Source of the DNA: an uncultured Desulfobacteraceae bacterium
Lineage (GTDB): Bacteria; Desulfobacterota; Desulfobacteria; Desulfobacterales; Desulfosalsimonadaceae
Length of the DNA stretch: 53,039 nucleotides
NCBI GenBank assembly: GCA_964635265.1
Contig: CAZWNV010000001.1
Location: 1-53,039, forward strand
Reading direction: 5' to 3'
Below the pieces are notes generated by a model that saw only the letters and a program-made list of their open reading frames with translations, did no database searches and was not told where the DNA came from. Numbering within the stretch: position 1 is the first letter of the stretch; each line of letters opens with the position of its first letter. The position numbers and the translations under genes are program-made. This document shows, piece after piece, positions 42,182-49,479 of the stretch.

Positions 42182-42986
42182 AAAATCGTCCACCAGCTGG
42201 CCCCGCCCGCCCGGCATCGATACCCAGGCCTTCGGATTTCGCCTGGCCACCACCTCCTTTATTTATCCGGACCGCTATATCCCCAATGTCCGCATGCTGG
42301 CCCCCCATTTCGACGAAATCGAACTGTTGTTGTTCGAGTCCGGTCCCGACAGCCTGCCAGGCAAGGCTGAAATCGACGAACTGGCGTCGCTTGCGGCATC
42401 CTTTGGCACCTCCTACAACATTCACCTGCCGCTGGATGTCTCGCTTACGGCACATGATCCCGGGATGCGCGATACAGCCGTGGAGATCATCGCCGGCATA
42501 TTGGACCTGGCAGCCCCGCTTGCACCGAGCACCTGGACCCTGCATCTGCCGGAAGAAGATGCGTTCAAAAACTTCGATTTCTGGCATGAGCGGGCTGCAG
42601 AAAGTATCAGCAGGCTCTGCCGCTACATCCAGGGGTCCCGCCTCTCTGTTGAAACCCTTTCCTACCCCCTGCAATGGATCGATGATCTCATTGCCCGCTT
42701 CAACCTCTCCATCTGCCTGGATATCGGCCACATGGCCGTTCACGGTCTTGACTGGAGCACCTTCTACCAACATTATCGCTCCAGGATTCCCATCATCCAT
42801 CTCTATGGATTCGAAAAGTCCCATGAGCATCTGAGTCTGGATCGAATGGCCCCGAGGCTGCAAGACCGCGTGGGCAGACTCCTGTCGGGGTTTTCGGGCA
42901 CCCTGTGCCTGGAGGTGTTTTCCTACGAGGACCTGGCCGCCTCCCTGCAGATCCTGCCGGAAATGATACAACCGGATAACACTTGA
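42168..42986 (+). CDS. Xylose-isomerase-like / AP-endonuclease-2 TIM-barrel protein, possibly a CbiR-like cobamide-remodelling phosphodiesterase
   Basis: Blocks NIHLPLD, TLHLP, ICLDIGH and IIHLYG are spaced like the metal ligands of this fold. The only upstream in-frame start is TTG 42168, which overlaps the radical SAM gene by 14 nt. The start is uncertain. Confidence 0.72.
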   Translation: MTEGKKSSTSWPRPPGIDTQAFGFRLATTSFIYPDRYIPNVRMLAPHFDEIELLLFESGPDSLPGKAEIDELASLAASFGTSYNIHLPLDVSLTAHDPGMRDTAVEIIAGILDLAAPLAPSTWTLHLPEEDAFKNFDFWHERAAESISRLCRYIQGSRLSVETLSYPLQWIDDLIARFNLSICLDIGHMAVHGLDWSTFYQHYRSRIPIIHLYGFEKSHEHLSLDRMAPRLQDRVGRLLSGFSGTLCLEVFSYEDLAASLQILPEMIQPDNT

Positions 42987-43011
42987 CCTTCCCTGCATGC
43001 TGTCGTAGAGT
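42983..43011 (+). promoter_or_regulatory. Putative sigma70 promoter driving the cobalamin riboswitch and cobT
   Basis: TTGACC - 17 nt - TAGAGT. The -35 hexamer overlaps the TGA stop of the preceding TIM-barrel gene. Confidence 0.45.
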
Positions 43012-43024
43012 AGCCGCAAATTTG

Positions 43025-43195
43025 CGAAAAGGTTGATCAGTGAACGGAAAACGGTGCAAATCCGTTGCGATCCCATCGCTGTAACCCGGAAGCGCGGACT
43101 GGTGTCTCTTAAGAGGCGGCCACTGCGGGCAGCCTGCCGGCGGGAAGGCCTGATCCGCTGCATTGCCGGCAGCCAGAAGACGAACTGACGACCTT
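43025..43195 (+). promoter_or_regulatory. Cobalamin (adenosylcobalamin) riboswitch aptamer
   Basis: Conserved core elements read directly: GAACGGAAAACGGTGCAAATCCGTTGCGATCCCATCGCTGTAA, GCCACTG, GGGAAGGC, and a B12-box-like AGCCAGAAGAC. A P1 helix is possible between GGTTGATCAG (43031-43040) and CTGACGACC (43185-43193). It lies upstream of cobT. Confidence 0.85.
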
Positions 43196-43216
43196 GTTGT
43201 GCAGAACGTGATGGTA

Positions 43217-43264
43217 AAGGGTTCTGGCGGAGGCTTGTTGCTCCTGCCGGAACCCTTTTTTATT
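43217..43264 (+). terminator. Riboswitch expression-platform terminator
   Basis: AAGGGTTCTGGCGGAGG-CTTGTTG-CTCCTGCCGGAACCCTT followed by TTTTTTATT, about 115 nt upstream of the cobT ATG. Confidence 0.75.
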
Positions 43265-43381
43265 GGAATGACTCCGCCAGGCAGCCCGGACAGCCCTCGC
43301 AATACAGAAAAGACCGGCAATGCCGCTGCTGGCTGTGTGGCTTGCCAGGCTGCCAGGGAGCAAAAACGCAAGGAGTGCGCC

Positions 43382-44446
43382 ATGGCCACATTGTACGAAA
43401 CAATCGCCGGTATCCGCCCGATTGAAAAAAAGGCCTATGAAGATGCATGGGCGCGATTGGCGGCGCAAGCCCGGCCCGCAGGCAGTCTGGGAATGCTCGA
43501 GGAAGCCGCAGCACGGCTTTCAGGCATCAAAAAAACACTGGATGTGCAACTTCCCCATAAACACATCCTGACATGCGCGGGAGACCACGGAATCGTGGAG
43601 GAAGGGGTCAGTCTGTTTCCCCAGGAGGTAACCGCCCAAATGGTCTATAATTTCATCGGCGGCGGTGCCGCCATTAACGTGCTGGCCAGGCATGCCGGGG
43701 CCCGGGTCCTTGTGGCCGATTTCGGGGTCAACCACGATTTTCCCGCTGAACTGCCCATTTTTCATAAAAAAATTCGCAAAGGCACGCACAATTTCGCCAG
43801 AGAAGCGGCTATGAGCAGAGATGAAGCAGTTGCTGCAATGGAGGCCGGTATTGCCCTCGTGGAGGAAATCGCAGGGGGCTCCCGGGCGGACATGATCGCA
43901 ACAGGGGATATGGGAATCGGCAACACATCGCCCTCCACCGCGATCATCGCCGCCTTCTCGAAAATCCCCGTTAACGAATTGACCGGCCGCGGCACCGGGC
44001 TCGATGATCCGGGCCTGCTGCACAAAACCGCGGTGATTGAAGCCGCTCTGAAAAAACACAGTCCGGATCCGGCAGACCCCCTGGATATCCTGTCCAAGCT
44101 CGGGGGCTTTGAAATTGCGGGCATCGCGGGAATTGTCCTGGGTGCTGCGGCCTGCAAAATCCCCATTATCTCCGACGGGCTGATCTCCACCGCCGGCACT
44201 TTGATCGCCACCGAAATGGCCCCGGCTGTAAAGGACTACCTCTTTACCGCCCATCAGTCCGAGGAAAAGGGACATCAGTACATGCTCTCCAGAATCGGGA
44301 TCCCGCCGCTTCTTCGCCTGGGCATGCGGCTGGGGGAAGGAACCGGCGCCGCCCTTGCCATGGAGATTCTCGATGCGGCCACCCGGGTACTGGCAGAAAT
44401 CAAAACCTTTGACGAGGTTGCCATCCGGAACGCACAGCGGGCCTGA
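43382..44446 (+). CDS. cobT: Nicotinate-nucleotide--dimethylbenzimidazole phosphoribosyltransferase
   Basis: PAGSLGMLEE, GDMGIGNTS and GEGTGAALA blocks. Start set at the ATG after AAGGAG; the upstream ORF-track extension covers the riboswitch and terminator. Confidence 0.93.
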   Translation: MATLYETIAGIRPIEKKAYEDAWARLAAQARPAGSLGMLEEAAARLSGIKKTLDVQLPHKHILTCAGDHGIVEEGVSLFPQEVTAQMVYNFIGGGAAINVLARHAGARVLVADFGVNHDFPAELPIFHKKIRKGTHNFAREAAMSRDEAVAAMEAGIALVEEIAGGSRADMIATGDMGIGNTSPSTAIIAAFSKIPVNELTGRGTGLDDPGLLHKTAVIEAALKKHSPDPADPLDILSKLGGFEIAGIAGIVLGAAACKIPIISDGLISTAGTLIATEMAPAVKDYLFTAHQSEEKGHQYMLSRIGIPPLLRLGMRLGEGTGAALAMEILDAATRVLAEIKTFDEVAIRNAQRA

Positions 44447-44463
44447 AGATCCGTTTACGGGCG

Positions 44464-44505
44464 CAAAAAAAGGGCTTGCTGCTGCCTGTGTCTGCAGCAA
44501 GCCCT
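44464..44505 (-). terminator. Rho-independent terminator ending the sat transcript (minus strand)
   Basis: 12-bp perfect stem AGGGCTTGCTGC/GCAGCAAGCCCT. On the minus strand it is followed by TTTTTTT. It sits between convergent cobT and the small ORF downstream of sat. Confidence 0.65.
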
Positions 44506-44568
44506 ACTGCCTTGTTATACTGCTGCCTGGTGCAGCATGACCGCGGGTGTTATCCGCCGGCGCCTGCC

Positions 44569-44862
44569 CTAGAGCTCCGCCAGCGCGTCGCCGACCACAT
44601 CCAGGGTCCGCTTCTCGACAACCTTTTCGTAAATCTTGTTTTTCACTTCCCGGGGAAGGAGCTCAATGCTGCCGGTTGTGGAAGTGTCATGCTTGGCGCC
44701 GAATTCGTTGACACAGCGTTTTGCCTGCTCATCATCGGCGTGGACAACCAGGACCTTGAGCCCGGCCAGTCGTTCTTCCGTATATTTGGCCAGCCCGGCT
44801 TTTTCCAATTCATCGTAGCGCTCTTCATTTATCCAGATATAAATGGGGTTTTTCCCTGCCAT
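44569..44862 (-). CDS. Small conserved-looking hypothetical protein co-transcribed with sat
   Basis: 97 aa with protein-like, Lys/Glu-rich composition. It begins 28 nt after the sat stop and is followed by a terminator. The larger plus-strand ORF over the same DNA is Cys/Leu/Pro-rich and implausible. Confidence 0.7.
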   Translation of the reverse strand: MAGKNPIYIWINEERYDELEKAGLAKYTEERLAGLKVLVVHADDEQAKRCVNEFGAKHDTSTTGSIELLPREVKNKIYEKVVEKRTLDVVGDALAEL

Positions 44863-44890
44863 TGTGATGACCTCCTGTTGCTGTTAGTGT

Positions 44891-46144
44891 CTATAAAGGC
44901 TCGATATCAAATACCGGGGATCTCTTTTCCAGGTACTCCTCAGTGACAAAGGGGGATCCCTGCCCGTATTTTTCTGCAGATTCCATGATCTTATCAAAAA
45001 CTTCCGGACGGATGATCAGGCGGGGCGGTTTGACCCCATCGGTAACAATGCTGCGGATCAGGGTACCGCTGAACTTCTGCTGCTTGTCGCCATGGTTGCA
45101 GAGTCCTTCACTGGTAATTTCCCCGCAGATCGGGCAGTACAGCCAGTTCATGGAGTAGACGGGGGTAATATCAAGTTTGTCCCGGACGCTGTCGAGCAGG
45201 TGATGGGCCTCATAAGCGCCGTAGTAATCTCCGACACCGGCATGATCGCGGCCGTACATATGGTGCGTAATGCCCAGGTTGGTCCGCAGAATAGCATGGA
45301 ATATGGCCTCCTTGGGTCCTGCATAGCGCATATCCCAGAAAGTAAGACTTGTAAGATGGTTGTGCGGCCCGAAATAGCCGGCTTTCTCCAGTTCGTCCTG
45401 GCAGAGCACAATGGCCTCGTCGATATAGTCCTTCACCCGTTTTTCGCCGATAATGGCGTTGACTACAACCCCCACCTCGGGTTTCTCTATCGAGGAGTCG
45501 GCATAGGTCTGGAAGAAAGCCCCCTTCATCAGCCACTCATGACCGGTGTGCGGTACGTTTCTGGTCTGGTGGGCCACCGTTTTGCTCCAGCCCTTTTCCT
45601 TGATAATCTTGCGCATCTTCAAGGGAGGGAGGAAATAGGGACCGAACGGTTCATTGATTTTGGGCTCTTTCAGAAGAGTTACTTTGCCACCGATAAATTT
45701 GTCGTTATACTCGTAAGTCCGCTTGCAGCCGGGGTGCTTTTCCTCAGAAGTCCCGAAAACAGATTCACACATGGCCTTTTTGTCATACTCAAACACCTCT
45801 TCCACCTCAAAAAGGGCCATGGGATTCCCCTGGAATGTCAAAACGACCGGCTTGCCGGCCTCCACGCCGTAATCCGCCACTTCCTTTTCTGAAAGATCAA
45901 AAAGAATCGGAATGGACCAGATCGTTCCATCGGCCAGTTTCATGTCCTTGACCACGGAATCGACATCAGCCTTGCCCATGAAACCTTCCAGGGGGGAGAA
46001 GAAGCCGTAGGTCAGCCCGATGATTTCATTGGCAATCTGCTTGCGCACCGGAATCTGCGGGAGGCCTTTGATCTTCTCCTTGGCTTCACTCGGCTGCAAG
46101 ATCCTCTCTTTGATTTCCTTTCCGCCGTGTCCTATTTCGGCCAT
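44891..46144 (-). CDS. sat: Sulfate adenylyltransferase (ATP sulfurylase)
   Basis: HQTRNVPHTGHEWL and GPKEAIFHAILRTNLGITHHMYGRDHAG are ATP-sulfurylase signatures; 417 aa. Confidence 0.95.
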   Translation of the reverse strand: MAEIGHGGKEIKERILQPSEAKEKIKGLPQIPVRKQIANEIIGLTYGFFSPLEGFMGKADVDSVVKDMKLADGTIWSIPILFDLSEKEVADYGVEAGKPVVLTFQGNPMALFEVEEVFEYDKKAMCESVFGTSEEKHPGCKRTYEYNDKFIGGKVTLLKEPKINEPFGPYFLPPLKMRKIIKEKGWSKTVAHQTRNVPHTGHEWLMKGAFFQTYADSSIEKPEVGVVVNAIIGEKRVKDYIDEAIVLCQDELEKAGYFGPHNHLTSLTFWDMRYAGPKEAIFHAILRTNLGITHHMYGRDHAGVGDYYGAYEAHHLLDSVRDKLDITPVYSMNWLYCPICGEITSEGLCNHGDKQQKFSGTLIRSIVTDGVKPPRLIIRPEVFDKIMESAEKYGQGSPFVTEEYLEKRSPVFDIEPL

Positions 46145-46264
46145 GTTTCATCTCCTTTTTTTTACGTTTATGCTTTACGACCCCATTATTGCACAACTAT
46201 AGCCTTGATGGCACATGACAGCCCCATCGCCTTGCCCGCTTCCAAATTTATGTTTAAAGGATTT

Positions 46265-46293
46265 ATCTAATAAGAAAACAAGGCTTTTGTCAA
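46265..46293 (-). promoter_or_regulatory. Possible sigma70 promoter for sat
   Basis: On the minus strand: TTGACA - 17 nt - TTAGAT. It would give a leader of about 120 nt. The -10 is weak. Confidence 0.3.
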
Positions 46294-46334
46294 GGCCAAT
46301 TCAGCCGGGTTTAGAGAAATTTGCGGCCCCGCTG

Positions 46335-47174
46335 TTATGCTCCGAGGGGCAGGTATTGCTCCAGGTAGGCCATGCTTATTTCAAAGTCTTCTTGATAGTG
46401 CGGCTCCAGAGTAAGAACAGGACTCGAACGGCAGGCTGTCAGAAAATCGAACAGGGGCCGGAAATCGATGCTGCCCCTCCCCATACCGAGATGGGCATCA
46501 AAATCGCCGTGGTTGTCGTGTAGATGAAGCTGGCCGATATAGGGACGAAGTTTCTCAAACCATTCGCCGAGTGCAACAGCGCTGAAAACCGCCTGATGGC
46601 CGACATCCAGGCAGCAGCCCAGCAACTCCGGGGAAAATCGTTTCAGCACGGCCAGCAGTTCCGAGGGATCGCGTTCGTAGACATTTTCCAGCATCAGCCG
46701 GGCGCCGCGCTCTTGTACAGCGGCAGCCAGCCACTGCCAGGTATCGATGCTGTTTGCAATCCACTGCTCCCGGCAGAAATCATAGCGGGAAGCATCGTAG
46801 GCGGCGTGACAGACGACAACAGCAGGCCGGAACACCTCGACAGCCTGAAGCATCTGCCGAAACCGCTGCAGGCTTGTGTTGCGTATGGCCGTATCCGGGG
46901 ATCCGGGGGAGAGATCCAGAAACGGGCCGTGAATGGTGACGGAGCAGCCCCGCTGATGCAGTTTTTCCGCTACATCCGCGAAATCGGCCTTTGTATAGGT
47001 ATCCAGAACGCCTGCATCCAGGCCGATTTCCGGGTTAATGGGGGTAGACAGCACCAACTCCTGATAATACGCCTCCATCAGCATCCCAAAGGGGATATTC
47101 ACCTGGACCCGTTCCAGCACCTGCTCTCTTCTGCCGCTATTTTCCCGGTCCCTTTCCTGCATCTGCCAACCCAT
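46335..47174 (-). CDS. Xylose-isomerase-like / AP-endonuclease-2 TIM-barrel protein (paralog of 42168-42986)
   Basis: Blocks TIHGPFLDL, VVCHAAY, LMLENV, CLDVGH and QLHLHDN, in the same order and spacing as the 42168-42986 protein. Confidence 0.8.
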   Translation of the reverse strand: MGWQMQERDRENSGRREQVLERVQVNIPFGMLMEAYYQELVLSTPINPEIGLDAGVLDTYTKADFADVAEKLHQRGCSVTIHGPFLDLSPGSPDTAIRNTSLQRFRQMLQAVEVFRPAVVVCHAAYDASRYDFCREQWIANSIDTWQWLAAAVQERGARLMLENVYERDPSELLAVLKRFSPELLGCCLDVGHQAVFSAVALGEWFEKLRPYIGQLHLHDNHGDFDAHLGMGRGSIDFRPLFDFLTACRSSPVLTLEPHYQEDFEISMAYLEQYLPLGA

Positions 47175-47223
47175 TTCCCGCTGCAGCCCGGGACACGCTG
47201 CCTGCCGCAGCCGCTGTCCCCGG

Positions 47224-48000
47224 CTAGATTGTCACCTGAAAGCGCCGGTTAAAGCTTTCAATGACCGGAATGAAGGCCTCGGGAAGGTGGGCGTATACCT
47301 TTTTCACGATCCACTCCGGTATGGTCTGATAATAGGCCTGGGCGATACCGCCGGTCATGCTCGCTATTGTGTCGCTGTCGCCGCCCAGGGAAACGGCTTT
47401 GCGAAGGGCATCCTCCACATCGTCGGACTCGAGAAACGCGATAATGGCTTCCGGCACCGAACCGCGGCAGGAGACGTCGAAGCTGTAGCCGGGCCTTATC
47501 GCATCCAGACTCCGATGCAGATCATAGCCGAAGCGGCCCTCGATCTCCCGGCGTATCCCTTCTTTTCCCGTCCCGTTTTTCGCCATATGGACCGCCAGGG
47601 CCACCGCCTGGGCCCCTGCAATCCCCTCCGGATGATTGTGGGTGACCGCCGCGCTTTTTTCCGCCTCGGCCAGAACGGTATCCGGATTGTCAAACGCAAA
47701 CCCCACGGGACTGACCCGCATGGCCGAACCGTTGCCCCAGGAATTGTAGGGAGCACTCTCTGCAGAAAACAGCCAGTTAAAAAACAACATCCCGAACCCT
47801 GCATCCGGGAAGGCCTGCCCGTAGGTCTTCAGGGCACTTTTGTAGTCATTGTTTTTCACGATTGCATCGGCAATCGCAACCGTTAAAACCGTATCATCCG
47901 TAAAACGGGACCGGCTCTGAAACAGGGAAAAATCCGTGGTTTTTATCGGCTGATGTTCATAGACCGAACCGATTATATCGCCTGCAATGGCACCCAGCAT
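47224..48000 (-). CDS. ADP-ribosylglycohydrolase family protein
   Basis: MLGAIAGDIIGS, FTDDTVLT and GGDSDTIASMTGGIAQAY are the metal-binding blocks of the ARH/DraG family; 258 aa. Confidence 0.88.
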   Translation of the reverse strand: MLGAIAGDIIGSVYEHQPIKTTDFSLFQSRSRFTDDTVLTVAIADAIVKNNDYKSALKTYGQAFPDAGFGMLFFNWLFSAESAPYNSWGNGSAMRVSPVGFAFDNPDTVLAEAEKSAAVTHNHPEGIAGAQAVALAVHMAKNGTGKEGIRREIEGRFGYDLHRSLDAIRPGYSFDVSCRGSVPEAIIAFLESDDVEDALRKAVSLGGDSDTIASMTGGIAQAYYQTIPEWIVKKVYAHLPEAFIPVIESFNRRFQVTI

Positions 48001-48147
48001 CTGTTTTCACCACCTTCTCGCCCGCACCGGAGCTTGTGTCGCCGGCACCGGGCGTAAGTTGTATCAGCCACCTCCTGCAAAACAGAAATCTCGTCCATTT
48101 TCCTTGCACAAACCGGACCTGGAAGCAAGATTTTTCTTGAGCAATAA

Positions 48148-48180
48148 GAAAAGCCGGGCGCCCCGGTGCCCGGCTTTTTC
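48148..48180 (-). terminator. Rho-independent terminator after qmoC
   Basis: GAAAAGCCGGG-CGCCCCGGTG-CCCGGCTTTTC. On the minus strand the stem is followed by a T-rich run (TTTTCTTATT). Confidence 0.7.
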
Positions 48181-48222
48181 CTGAGAACATATCGTTTCCC
48201 GACCGCAGAGGGCAGGCAGATC

Positions 48223-49374
48223 CTACTCGGTTTTGGCCTCCCGCTCGGAATATTCATTGTAGCCCATCGCAACGGTCCTGTACACCAGATGCGCCAGCTT
48301 GGAGAAGGGGAGAAAGGCGATCAGGTTAAAGACAAACATGAGATGGATGAAGTAAATCAGATAAGTCAGAAACGCCGCGTCCGCCAGCCGGGTAAGCTCC
48401 GCCAGCATGCCGGTTGCGCCCACGCCGAGCACCATCCAGAGCAGGTACCAATCCTGGTACGCCGATACCTGATCCGCTTTGGATGCCCGCTGCCGCATGA
48501 GAAGAATGGCGCCGATAATCAGCGCGATCCCCGAAACATTGGCCAGAATCTTGACCGGGTTGAGCTGGGAATAGGGCCCGTGAACCCCGAATCCATATAA
48601 CACGATAAAGAATATGCCGGTCACAATGAACAGACCGATAAAGGAAAACAGCACCATCAGGTGCGGGGTGGCCCGTTCATTGTTTTCGCCGCATTCCGAG
48701 AACTGCTTGTGTTTTAAAATGGTGGGAATCACCCGGCCGATGGCCTTGATAAACGCGCCCGTTTCAATGGTTTCTTTACGGGTTTTGCCTTCACTCACGG
48801 CATTTTCGTGGATATCGCCGATAAAACGCTTCAGCCCCAGGGCGAAGACAACCACCACCCATATGGAAAGCGGGATAAAGACAAGATCGACCAGCCATGT
48901 GGAAAAAAACATATGATGGGCGATCTCGCCGTCGGCAAGTTCCGGGGTCAAATCCAGCAGCCCGGTGATAAGACCGAGGACGAGGAAGACCACGGCCGGA
49001 ATCGCTGCCAGGATCGGCAATTTTTTGGGATTGTTGACCGCCTTGGCCAGCGACTTCGGAGTGGCGTATTCCTCTATCGCCGCCATGCGTGCGGCAGCCA
49101 TCACATCGCCGGGTTTGGCGCCCCGGGGGCACTGGGTGGTACAATCGCCGCAGTTGTGACAGAGCCATATATCGCCGTTTTTGAGAATTTTATCTTTAAG
49201 ACCCCAGGACGCGGCAATCATTTCCTTCCTTGGAAAAGGCCGGTTGTCCGGGGCAATCGGGCAGGCTACGGAGCAGGTAGCACATTGATAGCATTTCTTC
49301 AGCGATTCGCCGCCGAGTTCGCCAAGTTGCTTTATAAAATCTACATCTGGTTCCACCAGAATTTTTTCCGCCAT
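48223..49374 (-). CDS. qmoC: Quinone-interacting membrane-bound oxidoreductase subunit QmoC
   Basis: N-terminal HdrC-like 2x[4Fe-4S] motifs (CYQCATCSVACP, CHNCGDCTTQCP), followed by about six transmembrane helices with conserved His (HdrE-like cytochrome b). Confidence 0.88.
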   Translation of the reverse strand: MAEKILVEPDVDFIKQLGELGGESLKKCYQCATCSVACPIAPDNRPFPRKEMIAASWGLKDKILKNGDIWLCHNCGDCTTQCPRGAKPGDVMAAARMAAIEEYATPKSLAKAVNNPKKLPILAAIPAVVFLVLGLITGLLDLTPELADGEIAHHMFFSTWLVDLVFIPLSIWVVVVFALGLKRFIGDIHENAVSEGKTRKETIETGAFIKAIGRVIPTILKHKQFSECGENNERATPHLMVLFSFIGLFIVTGIFFIVLYGFGVHGPYSQLNPVKILANVSGIALIIGAILLMRQRASKADQVSAYQDWYLLWMVLGVGATGMLAELTRLADAAFLTYLIYFIHLMFVFNLIAFLPFSKLAHLVYRTVAMGYNEYSEREAKTE

Positions 49375-49431
49375 TTCCTTACCTCCTATTGACCTTGGCT
49401 GTTTCCGCCATTACAGTGCATAACCGAGTTT

Positions 49432-49470
49432 CCGCCGGATGCCGCCCGGGAGCAGGCCGGCATCCGGCGG
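49432..49470 (-). promoter_or_regulatory. Intercistronic stem-loop between qmoB and qmoC
   Basis: Perfect 13-bp inverted repeat CCGCCGGATGCCG / CGGCATCCGGCGG with a 13-nt loop. No U-tract follows on the coding (minus) strand. Confidence 0.5.
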
Positions 49471-49479
49471 AGAAAGAAT

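Noticed and set aside
41291-43163. Minus-strand ORFs of 320 aa (41291-42253) and 334 aa (42159-43163)
   Set aside because: They are antisense to the radical SAM and TIM-barrel genes, and the second also runs through the riboswitch. The plus-strand genes carry clear family motifs.
43520-44500. 326-aa minus-strand ORF
   Set aside because: It is antisense to cobT.
44476-44946. 156-aa plus-strand ORF overlapping the small gene downstream of sat
   Set aside because: The translation is Leu/Cys/Pro/Phe-rich and starts inside the terminator hairpin. The 97-aa minus-strand ORF has far more protein-like composition and sits in operon position after sat.
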